From an uncultured Actinomycetota bacterium (lineage in GTDB: Bacteria > Actinomycetota > Actinomycetes > Streptomycetales > Streptomycetaceae), in NCBI GenBank assembly GCA_963711935.1, contig CAVQGD010000034.1, positions 72,334 through 136,333 of the forward strand: a stretch of 64,000 bases of DNA, in the 5' to 3' direction. The position numbers were made by a program, and so were the translations under genes. This document shows, one piece after another, positions 31,807 to 42,089 of this stretch (position 1 is its first letter; every line of letters starts with the position of its first letter). The notes beneath the pieces are model-generated. The model ran no database searches. It was given only the letters and a program-made list of their open reading frames with translations, and was not told the origin of the DNA.

Positions 31807-34800
31807 TGGGCGTCCGCGAGCTGTTCAACGACCTGGGGGACGGCGCCGAGAGTCTCGTCGATGGCGCGAAGAAAGGTATCGGCGAGGCCGCCAGCTGGAC
31901 CGCGGACGGGGCGGCCGACGGCCTGTCCGCGGTCGGCGCGGACGACCTCGCCGAGAGGGTGCGGGATGCCGGGGAGGGGGTGAACAACCGGCTGGGCGGC
32001 GAGGTCGCCGAGCGCCGGCTGGGCGAGAGCGAGGACCCGAAGGAACTGGTGCACGGCAGCCCGGGTGCGTTGGAGGCGCGGGCCAGGCATCTGCGGGACT
32101 TCTTCCGGGCGTTTGAGAACGTCGGCCAGGGAATGCGCTCGTTGGACGCCGGCAGCTGGCAGGGCAAGGCCGCGGATGCCTTCCGCGCCAAGTTCGAGGT
32201 GCAGCCCAGGCAGTGGCTGACAGCGGCCGACTCCTGTGAGGCGGCGGCCCGGGCCTTGGAGGCGTACGCGGACACGGTGCGCTGGGCGCAGGGGCAGGCG
32301 CAGGTGGCGATCGGCCTGTATCGCAGGGCGCGGCAGGCCAGTAAGCAGGCGGAGGAGGCGCACAAGGCCGCGGTGGAGGCGTACGGCCAGGCCGCCGACC
32401 GGTATAACGCGGCCGCTCGGGCGGGCCAGGATCCGGGGGCGAAGCCCACCGAGCCGGGGGAGTACACCGACCCCGGGATGGCGGGCCGTGAGGAGGCCGA
32501 GGAGATCCTGGCCGAGGCGCGCCGTCAGCGCACGGATGCCGCCCGGGATGCGCAGCGTACGGTGGCGAGCGCGCTGGAGGCGGCTCCGCCGAAGCCGGAG
32601 TTCACCGACCGGGTCGGCGCCGACGCGATGGATGCCTTCGTGAGCACCCAGCTCAACCAGGCCCATGTCCTGGGCGGGTTCCTCAAGGGCGGGGCGGACC
32701 TGGTGAAGATGGGCCGCGCCTTCAACCCGATGGATACCTACAACCTCACCCACCCCGGCGAGTGGACGAAGAACTCGAACATGCTGCTGGCCGGGCTGGT
32801 GGGCACGGCCGCGCATCCCGAGCGGCTGCCCAAGGCGATGGTGGGCACTGGTTGGGGCAGTGATCCGGGGGACGCGTTCGGCGTTCTGCTGTCGAACGTG
32901 ATCGGTGGCAAGGGCGCGGGCGGCTTGGCTCGGGGAGCCGCCCGAGGGGCGGCCAGGGGGGCGGCGACCGGCGGGGCCCGCCGCAGTGTGGGCCAGGCGC
33001 TCAAGGACGTCGCCCGGGAATGGAAGTGCAAGATCTTCGGCGGCGACCCCGTCGACATGGCCACCGGCCGGATGGCGCTGCCGCAGACGGATGTGTCGCT
33101 GCCCGCCCGGCTGCCGCTGGTGTTCTCCCGGTGCTTCGAGTCGTCCTACCGGGCCGGCCGCTGGTTCGGCCCGGCCTGGGCGTCCACTGCGGACCAGCGT
33201 CTGGAGATCGACGCCGAGGGCGTGGTCCTGGTCCGGGAGGATGGCTCCCTGCTGGCCTACCCGCACCCGGTGCCCGGGGTGCCGACCCTGCCTCTGGAGG
33301 GCGAGCGCCATCCGCTGACCGTGGACGCCCACGGCGACTACACCGTCACCGACCCGGCCTCCGGCCGCACCTGGCACTTCGCCGCGCCGGGTGGGACCGG
33401 TGACGGTATCGCGCTGCTGGAGCAGCTCACCGACCGCTCGGGCCAGTGGCTGACCTTCGCATACGACCAGCAGGGCGCGCCCACGGCGATGGTGCACTCG
33501 GCGGGCTACCACCTGAAGATCAGCACCGGGGGCGGGCGGATCACCGCGCTGCACCTGGCCGACCCCGGCCACGACATCGAGCTGGTCCGCTTCAGCTACG
33601 ACGAGCGGGGCCACCTGACGGCGGTCACGAACTCCTGCGGCATCCCGACCCGGTTCACCAACGACGAGCTGGGCCGGGTCACCTCCTGGACGGACACCAA
33701 CCACTCCACATACCGCTATGTCTACGACGAGCGGGACCGCTGCACCTTCCAGACCGGTGCGGCGGGCCACCTGCGCAACAGCTACAGCTACGACGACACC
33801 GACCCGGCCACCGGCCACCAGGTCACCACCCGCACCGACTCGCTGGGCCACACCACTCGCTACCTGGTCAACGGCCAGTTGCGGGTGGTGGCGCAGACCG
33901 CTCCGGACGGCGCGACGACTCACACCGTCCACGATCGCCAGGGCCGCCCGCTGACCGAAACCGACCCGCTGGGCCGCACCCACGGCTACGCCTACGATGC
34001 GGCGGGTCGTGTGGTGATGGCCGTCCGCCCGGACGGCCGTTACCACAGCATCGGCTACAACGACCAGGGCCTGCCGGTTGCCATTGCGGGCGCGGACGGC
34101 ACGCATGTCATGCAGCAGTTCGACGGGTTCGGCAACCGCACACAGGTGACCGACGCCTCCGGGGCCACGACCCGCTTCACCTACGACGCTGCGGGACACC
34201 TGGCCTCGGTCACCAACGCCCTGGGCGAGACAACCCGGGTGCGCTGCGATGCGGCGGGCCTGCCGGTGGAAGTCACCGACCCGCTGGGCGCGGTCAGCCG
34301 CTACGCACGCGACCCTTTCGGCCGCCCGGTGACCATCACCGACCACCTCGGCGCCGTCACCCGCCTGGAGTGGACGGTGGAGGGCAAACTGGCCCGCCGT
34401 ACCGCCCCGGACGGCAGCACCGAATCGTGGACGTACGACGGCGAGGGCAACTGCCTGGCCCATACGGACACCATGGGTGCCGTCTCCCGCTACGAGTACA
34501 CCCACTTCGACCTGCTCACCGCCCGCACCGGCCCGGACGGGGTGTGCCACACCTTCACCCACGACACCGAGCTACGCCTGACGAAGGTCACCAACTCGCA
34601 GGGCCTGACCTGGAGTTACGAGTACGACCCGGCGGGCCGCCTGGTCGCGGAGACGGACTTCGACGACCGCCAGGTGACGTACGAGCACGACGCGGCAGGC
34701 CAGCTGACCGCCAGTACCACGGCCTGCGGCCAGAGCATCCGCTTCGAGCGGAACGTGCTGGGCCGGGTGGTGCGCAAGGACACGGCCGGAGCGGCCACCA

Positions 34801-36518
34801 CCTACGCGTACGACGTGACGGGCGCCCTGGCCCAGGCCACCAGCGCGGAAGCGGTCCTGACCCTGCGGCGCGACGATGCGGGCCGCCTGATATCCGAGAC
34901 GGTCAACGGCCGCACGCTCACCTACGCCTACGACGCCCTGGGCCGACGTATCAGCCGCACCACCCCGACCGGCGCGAGGAGCACCTGGACCTACGACGCG
35001 GCGGGCAACCGCACGGAACTGAATACCTCCGGCCGCACGATCACCTTCACCCACGATGCGGCAGGCCGCGAAACCACCCGCCACATCGGCGAGGCCCTGA
35101 CCCTGACCAGTGCCTTCGACCCTGTGGGCCGCCTGACGAAGCAGGAACTCACCGGCCCGGCCGACCAGCGCCTGCAGCACCGCGCGTACGCCTACCGCGC
35201 GGACGGCCACCTGACCGGCATCGACGACCACCTGAACGGCCCTCGCCGCTTCGACCTGGACGCGGCGGGCCGGGTCACCGCGGTCCACGCCGCGAACTGG
35301 ACGGAGTCCTACGCCTACGACACGGCGGGCAACCAGACCCACGCCGCCTGGCCGACCCCGATGCCGGGCCAGGAAGCGACCGGCGACCGTACCTACACCG
35401 GCACCCGCATCACGCGCGCGGGCAGCGTCCGCTACGAGCACGACGCGGCGGGCCGCATCATCCTGCGCCAGAAGACCCGCCTGTCCCGCAAACCGGACAC
35501 CTGGCGCTACGCATGGGACGCGGAAGACCGCCTGACGTCCGTGGTCACCCCCGACGGCACGAGGTGGCGCTACCGTTACGACCCGCTGGGCCGCCGCATC
35601 GCCAAGCAACGCCTGGCCACGGACGGTGAAACGGTCCTGGAACAGACCGACTTCACCTGGGACGGCACCACCCTCACCGAACAGACCACCCACACCCCTG
35701 GCACCGCCCAGCCCGCCGTCACCCTCACCTGGGACCACCAGGGCCTGCGCCCGCTGACCCAGACCGAACGCAAGACCACGGCGGGGGACGCCGCCCAGGC
35801 ACCCCAGGAGGAGATCGACTCCCGCTTCTACGCCATCGTCACCGACCTGGTGGGGACCCCCACCGAACTCGTCGACGAACACGGCACCATCGCCTGGCGC
35901 ACCCGCACCACCCTGTGGGGCACCACCGCCTGGAACCGCACCGCCACCGCCCACACCCCGCTGCGCTTCCCGGGCCAGTACCACGACCCGGAGACCGGCC
36001 TGCACTACAACGTTCATCGCTACTACGACCCGGAAACCGCCCGCTACGTCACCCCCGATCCCCTCGGCCTCGCCCCCGCCCCCAACCCCGCGACATACGT
36101 GGCCAATCCACATGCGGGGATCGATCCCCTCGGCCTTGCTCCGGAATGCGGAGCGACGCAACGCGTTCCCGAAGGTGAGCTGAAATCGCTTTACCACTAT
36201 ACGAATGAAGCCGGGCATCAAGGTATATTGGATAGCGGTGAACTCAGACCTTCCCTGAAGGCCGATAATCCAAAAGACGCCAGATATGGTGATGGGCAAT
36301 ACCTATCTGATGTGGTTCCTGGTTCAAAAACGGCGGGCCAATTGTCGCACGCCTTCTTGCGAGTTCCGTGGGCCGGGCACAAGTTCACTCATTACATTGA
36401 GATAGATGTCCGTGGCCTTGAGGTCATGAGGTCGGTGGACCGCTCCAACGTGTACGTCGTGCTGAACCAGGAATCTCTGAATCTTGCGGGCAGAATTATT
36501 AGTCACGGAAAGAATTGA
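31806..36518 (+). CDS. Rhs polymorphic toxin: T7SS-type N-terminus, DUF6531, YD repeats, C-terminal HYD1-type ADP-ribosyltransferase
   Basis: SWQGKAADAF (WxG), GDPVDMATG, many YD repeats, PLRFPGQY...RYYDP...DPLGL core; tip LYHYT...RYGDGQYLSD...YIEIDV; GC drops after about 36100. Confidence 0.92.
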   Translation: MGVRELFNDLGDGAESLVDGAKKGIGEAASWTADGAADGLSAVGADDLAERVRDAGEGVNNRLGGEVAERRLGESEDPKELVHGSPGALEARARHLRDFFRAFENVGQGMRSLDAGSWQGKAADAFRAKFEVQPRQWLTAADSCEAAARALEAYADTVRWAQGQAQVAIGLYRRARQASKQAEEAHKAAVEAYGQAADRYNAAARAGQDPGAKPTEPGEYTDPGMAGREEAEEILAEARRQRTDAARDAQRTVASALEAAPPKPEFTDRVGADAMDAFVSTQLNQAHVLGGFLKGGADLVKMGRAFNPMDTYNLTHPGEWTKNSNMLLAGLVGTAAHPERLPKAMVGTGWGSDPGDAFGVLLSNVIGGKGAGGLARGAARGAARGAATGGARRSVGQALKDVAREWKCKIFGGDPVDMATGRMALPQTDVSLPARLPLVFSRCFESSYRAGRWFGPAWASTADQRLEIDAEGVVLVREDGSLLAYPHPVPGVPTLPLEGERHPLTVDAHGDYTVTDPASGRTWHFAAPGGTGDGIALLEQLTDRSGQWLTFAYDQQGAPTAMVHSAGYHLKISTGGGRITALHLADPGHDIELVRFSYDERGHLTAVTNSCGIPTRFTNDELGRVTSWTDTNHSTYRYVYDERDRCTFQTGAAGHLRNSYSYDDTDPATGHQVTTRTDSLGHTTRYLVNGQLRVVAQTAPDGATTHTVHDRQGRPLTETDPLGRTHGYAYDAAGRVVMAVRPDGRYHSIGYNDQGLPVAIAGADGTHVMQQFDGFGNRTQVTDASGATTRFTYDAAGHLASVTNALGETTRVRCDAAGLPVEVTDPLGAVSRYARDPFGRPVTITDHLGAVTRLEWTVEGKLARRTAPDGSTESWTYDGEGNCLAHTDTMGAVSRYEYTHFDLLTARTGPDGVCHTFTHDTELRLTKVTNSQGLTWSYEYDPAGRLVAETDFDDRQVTYEHDAAGQLTASTTACGQSIRFERNVLGRVVRKDTAGAATTYAYDVTGALAQATSAEAVLTLRRDDAGRLISETVNGRTLTYAYDALGRRISRTTPTGARSTWTYDAAGNRTELNTSGRTITFTHDAAGRETTRHIGEALTLTSAFDPVGRLTKQELTGPADQRLQHRAYAYRADGHLTGIDDHLNGPRRFDLDAAGRVTAVHAANWTESYAYDTAGNQTHAAWPTPMPGQEATGDRTYTGTRITRAGSVRYEHDAAGRIILRQKTRLSRKPDTWRYAWDAEDRLTSVVTPDGTRWRYRYDPLGRRIAKQRLATDGETVLEQTDFTWDGTTLTEQTTHTPGTAQPAVTLTWDHQGLRPLTQTERKTTAGDAAQAPQEEIDSRFYAIVTDLVGTPTELVDEHGTIAWRTRTTLWGTTAWNRTATAHTPLRFPGQYHDPETGLHYNVHRYYDPETARYVTPDPLGLAPAPNPATYVANPHAGIDPLGLAPECGATQRVPEGELKSLYHYTNEAGHQGILDSGELRPSLKADNPKDARYGDGQYLSDVVPGSKTAGQLSHAFLRVPWAGHKFTHYIEIDVRGLEVMRSVDRSNVYVVLNQESLNLAGRIISHGKN

Positions 36519-36521
36519 TTC

Positions 36522-36800
36522 GTGGAATACTGGAAGGTCATTTGGCATCACGATTTTTGCGAGGAGCCTGTAGTGCTCTTCAGTGAAATCGGCGAAGATG
36601 GCTACGAGACACGGAAAATCCAAGGGTATCGAGATGGGCGCCTCTTGCGTGCTGATGACTTGCACGAGACCAGCGAAGTCGGACTCAGCGAGATCCCTGT
36701 CGGGAATATCGAAGATGTGGCCGCTCAGGCTGATTTTTCTGCGAACGTGATTCTGCGTGCCGAATTCGAGGATGTGTGGAACCGTGCATCCTGGTCGTGA
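36522..36800 (+). CDS. Putative cognate immunity protein (DUF6881-like)
   Basis: 3 bp after the toxin stop, low GC; WHHDF..EP...SEI..DGYETRK, EFEDVW. Confidence 0.75.
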   Translation: MEYWKVIWHHDFCEEPVVLFSEIGEDGYETRKIQGYRDGRLLRADDLHETSEVGLSEIPVGNIEDVAAQADFSANVILRAEFEDVWNRASWS

Positions 36801-36834
36801 TGAATCGGGGTGCCGCGCGAGATTCAGAACAAGC

Positions 36835-36951
36835 CCAATCAAAACGTCAGACGTTGACGGCCACAATGTGACGGACGGCTGGAAAATGTTCAACAAGAAG
36901 GGGCAAAGGATTGGAACCTATGATTCGGATCTCAGCTACATCAAGGAGTAG
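36835..36951 (+). pseudogene. Orphan toxin C-terminal fragment (Ntox21 / Enterobacter cloacae CdiA-CT-like RNase)
   Basis: DVDGHNVTDGWKMFNKKGQRIGTYDSDL. Confidence 0.75.
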
Positions 36952-37411
36952 AGATTTCGCGATTGAGGTGATCGACCGCTGTGCATCCGTGGGCGGAGAA
37001 ATGGATGCACCCTCGGAGGCGGTTGGTATGATCACGGTCGGCGACTTCACGGAAACGTTCCGCATGGACCTGAGCTTCTGGAACGTGGACGACTATCGTC
37101 GGAATTGGTCCCGCGCATTGCTAAAACTTGAAGAGGAAGAAATATCGACGGCGTGCCTAATTTCATCAATCACCGACCCGGACAACAGTAACTTCGTCTT
37201 CTGCTGGCCGCTGTATCGCAGCGGAGAAGAAGTCTTTGTTCAGAACTCGGTAATCTTCCTGGGTGAGCTGGATGCAACGTTTGATGCGGAAAAGCCCTGG
37301 TCTTTCGTGGAGCAGCGTCAGGTAGTCGACGATGACGGCAATCAAATTTCTGAATGGTCAACCAAAATATCTCACGTGAGGCAATTTCGAGAGTCAGGAA
37401 TCTGCGGGTAG
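36920..37411 (+). CDS. Orphan immunity protein, CdiI (E. cloacae type)-like; start uncertain
   Basis: LSFWNVDDY, NFVFCWPLY, VFVQNSVIFL, DDDGNQISEWST. Confidence 0.78.
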   Translation: MIRISATSRSRDFAIEVIDRCASVGGEMDAPSEAVGMITVGDFTETFRMDLSFWNVDDYRRNWSRALLKLEEEEISTACLISSITDPDNSNFVFCWPLYRSGEEVFVQNSVIFLGELDATFDAEKPWSFVEQRQVVDDDGNQISEWSTKISHVRQFRESGICG

Positions 37412-37434
37412 AGCCTCGCGGGAAGTGCCTGTTT

Positions 37435-37655
37435 AGAGTTTTCAGTTGGCTGTGGGCAGCATTCAGGGCCGTCCGACGAAGAGGTTGCGTAGGGTGATCG
37501 GGGGCGATGCCGTGTTTTCGCACGGTGGAGATGCAGGAGCGGATCCGGGCGAAGTGCCTCGCGCCGGTCAGGGTCCACCAGGATCCGGAGATCTTCTGTT
37601 GCGCCTTGACCATCCTGAGGTCGCGGTCAGCCTGGCTGTTGTTGAATGGGCCGCG
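37435..37655 (-). mobile_element. IS66-family transposase C-terminal remnant
   Basis: PFNNSQADRDLRMVKAQQKISG..TLTGARHFARIRS.ISTVRKHG. Confidence 0.75.
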
Positions 37656-37952
37656 AAGTCGCTCATGCGCCCCATGGGACAAGCAGGGCAAACCCGAAGC
37701 CTGGTCAGGCAATCACGTCCGTTGACGAATCGAGGTTAAGTTAAGGGCAATGGTCCGGAGCTTCGTTTCGGGCTCGAGTCTCGGCGCCAAGCTCCATCGA
37801 CGTCATCCGGACGGGCACCGCCCCAGATTTTCCCTGCCACGGGGCGGGCCCGCCAGGGTCCGGGATGACTTCGTATCGGGAAGCAGGCTGCAAGTTATCG
37901 GAATCAACACCCGATGGGCTCTCCGCTCACTGCATGGGATGGCAACTGATTT

Positions 37953-38300
37953 ATGTCCGATCTCCTTTCGAATCTGGAACTACCGGATAGATTCTCGTAT
38001 CCTTCTGAATTTATTCGCATCGTCGACCTCGGGCTAACCAATCTGGAACCGTGGTGGATTTTCGAGGGCGATCAACTGCGCACTCGGATGTCGGGATTGA
38101 GGTCGCGATTCCCTGAAAGGAAATTGGTCCCGTTCGCCCGGCGTGAAGACAATGACGAGGTAGCCTGTTGGGATCTCATCGAGGGTGATGTCGTCGTAAT
38201 TCACGACTTTTCAAGCCCTGGTCGGGAACAGCGCCAGCGACATCCTGATTTCAATGCTTGGCTTCGCCAAGCCGTGGAAGACTTGATCGAGCATGTGTGA
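37953..38300 (+). CDS. Orphan immunity protein, SMI1/KNR4 (SUKH)-like
   Basis: YPSEF, LEPWW, LVPFARREDNDEVACWD, IHDF, FNAWLRQAVED; low GC. Confidence 0.7.
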   Translation: MSDLLSNLELPDRFSYPSEFIRIVDLGLTNLEPWWIFEGDQLRTRMSGLRSRFPERKLVPFARREDNDEVACWDLIEGDVVVIHDFSSPGREQRQRHPDFNAWLRQAVEDLIEHV

Positions 38301-38729
38301 TACCAGCGCGCATTGCCCTCGATTCTTCACAACACCCCGTCAGAAGTAACTGTTCAGGATCCCCCGTCCGGGTGATGCGACGAGCGAAGCTGCACGTCAG
38401 GCGGGCTATACGTGAAGGTCTCACGAACCAGGGCATTGCCGAAAAGTGTGGATCAACCCGGCACGCGCGCTTCGGAATTAGGAGTTGCCGTCGAGCACGA
38501 CGACCGGCGAACTGCCTGGTCAGCGGCTCGCGTCACCCGATTCAGCGATCCTGAACAGCTACCGTCAGAACGGAATCAACCAACACAGAGTGGCTCTTCA
38601 TGGCTTCCTTCCGGGACCCGCCGAGTCACACGCACCATCGTGCTCCATCAGCTGACATCCGACACTGCTTAACTCATGGCCATTGGGGCTGCATGCAGAT
38701 CCGTATCCTAAGCACCCGGGAAAGCCGCT

Positions 38730-39149
38730 ATGACGTACTATGAAGATCTATCCCCGTATGAATATGTCAGTGACTCGGTTCCGGACGGAGTGGTGGCCCT
38801 CAATGTAGGGTGGCTGGAAGTCGACAAGGAGTTTCCCCAAGGGGACGTTCCGGAAGAATTCATCGACAGGCTGACCAGCGTAGTGAAATATGATCGCCAA
38901 ATGAAGATGCGCGGATGGCATAGGTGTCGACTCCCTCACGCCAGTGATGAGGAAGCGTATCCGGCGACCGTTGAAATTGACGGTCAGAGGGTTTCGCTCG
39001 GTGGAGCGGAAGTTCGAGTGATTTCGACATCCGGAGAGTGACTGATCGCCCCGGATCTTATCCTTCACTACGTTACAGATCACTTTTATAAGCCGCCAGC
39101 GGAATTTATCGAAGCCGTGGTTGGGGAACATATCATTCCCCAACCGTGA
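38730..39149 (+). pseudogene. Probable orphan immunity gene with an in-frame nonsense codon
   Basis: YYEDLSPYEY...NVGWL...RGWHRC...LGGAEVRV; TGA at 39039-39041, then the same frame continues LIAPDLILHYVTDHFYKPPAEFIEAV. Confidence 0.72.
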
Positions 39150-39382
39150 AGGTCTTGGAACTACTGGCCATGGCGGTGAGGGGGTAGGGTGCTTTGAATG
39201 AGTGAAGAATTCCCGATACCTGCCGTTTTGTTCCCGAGGGGGTCGGATGGGATCTTCGCGTGACGCTGTGGCTGCGCCGGGCTTCCACGGGGCCCGGGGT
39301 GCTGGGTTGTTCTCCTTCCCGGTCTTCGTCGGGACGGGACCGGTGGTCAGGTGACCGCCGGAAGTACGGGCATAGAACAGAA

Positions 39383-39419
39383 AAGCGGTCCGCCCCAGGT
39401 TGGTTGGGGCGGACCGCTT
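39383..39419 (-). terminator. Intrinsic terminator of the XRE-DUF397 operon
   Basis: aagcggtccgcccca / tggggcggaccgctt stem with a T-rich tail on the minus strand. Confidence 0.75.
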
Positions 39420-39478
39420 GACTCGTCTTGACTCGTCGGGATGATCAGGTGTTGGTGGGTGCGCCCCTTGCAGGGTTG

Positions 39479-39697
39479 TCAGAGGAGTCCTGCGCGGAAG
39501 CCCTGACGGAGGGCGTCCCATTCCTCGGCGGTGTAGCACAGAACGCCCTTGTCGGGGCGCTTGGAGTCGCGGACGGCGACAGCGCCGCCGGGCAGGTCGG
39601 CGATCTCCACGCACTGCTCAGCACCGCTGCTGAAGGGCGACTTGTGCCACTCGGCGCCGCTCAGGTCGGTGGCGTACAGGTCTTCCTTGGGGGTCAC
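39479..39697 (-). CDS. DUF397 protein
   Basis: WHKSPFS, CVEIA, VAVRDSK, EW; overlaps the XRE stop. Confidence 0.93.
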   Translation of the reverse strand: MTPKEDLYATDLSGAEWHKSPFSSGAEQCVEIADLPGGAVAVRDSKRPDKGVLCYTAEEWDALRQGFRAGLL

Positions 39698-40557
39698 TGC
39701 TGTTCCTCCTTGAGGTTCTTGATGATCTCCCGTGACACATCCACGGGAAGCGCTGCGGCGACCGTCCGCTCGAATCCGGCCTCGAAGACCGCCACGTCGT
39801 CTCCTTCCACGAAGAACCCGCCGCGCAGGTTTTCGAGGTTCACCACGGTCGGCCAAGGGTTCTGGAACGAGACGATGTCGAACGGGCCGTTCATGCCGGG
39901 GTGCGGGCTCGCGTTGAGCGGCATGACCTGGATGTCCACGTTGGGCAGGTCGCTCAGGTCGAGGAGACGCTGCAACTGCTCGGGCATCACGGTGGGTTGC
40001 GCCGGGAACTGCTGGCGTAGGGCGACTTCGTGGATGATCGCCCACACCTTCAGCGGGTTGCCGGGCCGGGTGAGGACGGCTTGGCGTGCCTGCCGGACCT
40101 CTGCGAGGGCCGCGACCTCTTCGGGGGTTCGTGTGGTGTTCGTGGCTCCGATGACCGCCCGTGCGTAGGGAACGGTCTGGAGGAGGCCGTGAACGAGGCT
40201 GGGGCAGTAGACCTGGATTCCGGAAGCGTCGGTCTCCAAGGTGATGAGGTCCCTGTAGGCGGCTCCGGGGACGTCGCCGTAGGTGCTCCACCAACCTTCC
40301 TTGCCCGCGTCCCGGGCGAGGGCTTCGAGGGCGGAGAGGATGTCCGGGTCGTTGATCTCGTAGACAGCCAGGAGGGGTGCGATGTCCTTGGGTCCGATGC
40401 GGGCCTTGGCGTTCTCGATGCGTGAGAGCTTGCCGGTGTCCCAGCCCGTTTCGGCAGCCACGGCTTCGAGAGTGAGGCCGCGCTTCCTGCGGAATCCTTG
40501 GAGCGCGTCACCGAGGCGCCGTCGCCGGAGCGTCGGCTTTGCTCGTACGTTCGGCAT
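39694..40557 (-). CDS. XRE-family HTH regulator with DUF5753 domain
   Basis: RRRRLGDAL, KLSRIEN, GWW, GLLQT..YARAV, R.ARQ, IHEVAL, IQVMP. Confidence 0.93.
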   Translation of the reverse strand: MPNVRAKPTLRRRRLGDALQGFRRKRGLTLEAVAAETGWDTGKLSRIENAKARIGPKDIAPLLAVYEINDPDILSALEALARDAGKEGWWSTYGDVPGAAYRDLITLETDASGIQVYCPSLVHGLLQTVPYARAVIGATNTTRTPEEVAALAEVRQARQAVLTRPGNPLKVWAIIHEVALRQQFPAQPTVMPEQLQRLLDLSDLPNVDIQVMPLNASPHPGMNGPFDIVSFQNPWPTVVNLENLRGGFFVEGDDVAVFEAGFERTVAAALPVDVSREIIKNLKEEQQ

Positions 40558-40864
40558 GAATTTCTCCGTCGTTTCAAGGTGCCTTTTCAGGCCCTCAAGG
40601 TGAGCTTTCGGGGCGCTCGGGTGCAGTATCCCGCACCCGAGGTGCCAAAGTCGATAGAACGCAGGTGCGACTTTCTGTGAATTGGGTGACATGACTTGTC
40701 ACCCGCCTTTCAATCCTGTCATTCTGCCTCAGGCAAGGACGTGACCACGCGTCAGCTCTTGATCACTCAAAGGCACTTGGTCACGTACTACGGCCTGCCT
40801 CCCTCCCTCCGAGGGAAGCAGGACGCCCCAATTCGCCCCCTGCCGATGAGGGTTCACGCTGACC

Positions 40865-41284
40865 ATGACCACGATCGCTGCCCCCACCGGGCACCCCCGC
40901 TACACCGAGTCCCTGCCCAACGAGCCCGCCAGCGCGCGCACCGCGCGGCGTCTGGTACGAACCGCACTGGCCGCATGGGGCATAGAGGGCCTGACGGACC
41001 GCGCCGAGCTGGTTGTTTCCGAGTTCGTCGGCAACACCGTCGAGCACGCCCGGGAGGACACGATCCAGGTCATCGTGGAGCGCCCCGACTCTGCCACGGT
41101 GCGCGTGGCGGTCGCGGACAAGGACCGGCGCAAGCCCGCGCCGCGCCCCGCCGCGCCGGACGACGAGCACGGGCGCGGCCTGGCGTTGGTGTCACGCGTG
41201 GCGGACGACTGGGGCGTAGAGCCGAAGCAAGGGGGCGGCAAGGTCGTCTGGGCTGTGCTGCGTTGCGAGGGGACGAGCCGGTGA
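40865..41284 (+). CDS. HATPase_c anti-sigma-like ATP-binding protein
   Basis: ELVVSEFVGNTVEHA, VAD, EHGRGLALV, WGV, GKVVWA. Confidence 0.9.
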   Translation: MTTIAAPTGHPRYTESLPNEPASARTARRLVRTALAAWGIEGLTDRAELVVSEFVGNTVEHAREDTIQVIVERPDSATVRVAVADKDRRKPAPRPAAPDDEHGRGLALVSRVADDWGVEPKQGGGKVVWAVLRCEGTSR

Positions 41285-41529
41285 GCGGCCGTCACCGCGC
41301 GTCGGACAGTGACGGCTCTGCCGCCGGGTTCTTGCGCCGGGTTCTTGCTCGTCTCCGCGAACGTGATCGGCCTTGGCGGCACCCCATGCTCCCGGCGCGG
41401 CGACAGTACCCAGAGGGAGAGGAACGAGTACCGGCCACATCCCAGGACGGGGGCCCGCGCCCAACACGACGAGCCCGCGGACACCTCCGGCACCACTTAG
41501 CTTCGAAGACCCGCAAAGGAGCACCAACG

Positions 41530-41862
41530 ATGTCCTTCCTGTCACACGCCCTGGAATGGCTGAGAGCCGGTCTGTTCGGGCCCCGTACGCCAGACAGGCA
41601 CTGCCGCACCGCGGCTCACGTAGCGCCGCCCCCTGCGGCCGGTAACTGGCCTGCGCCGGATGTACTGGGCATCCGGCTGGTCGTGGCACGCGGGCACCGC
41701 AGGGACAGGCACGCTCCGCCCGCCCGGGCACCGCGGCCGCAGGCGCGCGCACCCTGGGAAGCGCCCGGCGCCCTGGTCCGGCCCTACGTGGCACACCTGG
41801 GTGACGTTCCGCGGACCGCCCGTACCGGCGTCCCGGCCGACCCCTGGGGAGTCGCCCGGTGA
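41530..41862 (+). CDS. Hypothetical protein (frame also open from GTG at 41281)
   Basis: AAAGGAG RBS before the ATG; GTGA overlap with the next ORF. Confidence 0.6.
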   Translation: MSFLSHALEWLRAGLFGPRTPDRHCRTAAHVAPPPAAGNWPAPDVLGIRLVVARGHRRDRHAPPARAPRPQARAPWEAPGALVRPYVAHLGDVPRTARTGVPADPWGVAR

Positions 41863-42089
41863 ACGACGAAAAGATCGACGAAAAGATCGACGAAAGGATC
41901 GCCGGAAGGATCGGGGCAGCCGTGCGGCACGCCGAACTTCCCCTGCTGCGCGCCTACCGCCTGTGGTTCGAGCACGCCCGCAGATGCGCCGACAGCTGCG
42001 AGGACGCCAGCAAGGCGCAGAACGGCTGCGAGAGAGGGCGGGAACTATGGGGCGCCTACCGCCTCGCGCGGATCGGGGGAACGTCATGA
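41859..42089 (+). CDS. Small hypothetical protein with a His/Cys cluster, possibly Zn-binding
   Basis: HARRCADSC...C; translationally coupled on both sides. Confidence 0.65.
   Translation: MNDEKIDEKIDERIAGRIGAAVRHAELPLLRAYRLWFEHARRCADSCEDASKAQNGCERGRELWGAYRLARIGGTS

Noticed and set aside
39039-39041. Selenocysteine or programmed readthrough at TGA
   Set aside because: The context fits Trp (TGG to TGA), there is no evident SECIS or redox motif, and the region is decaying
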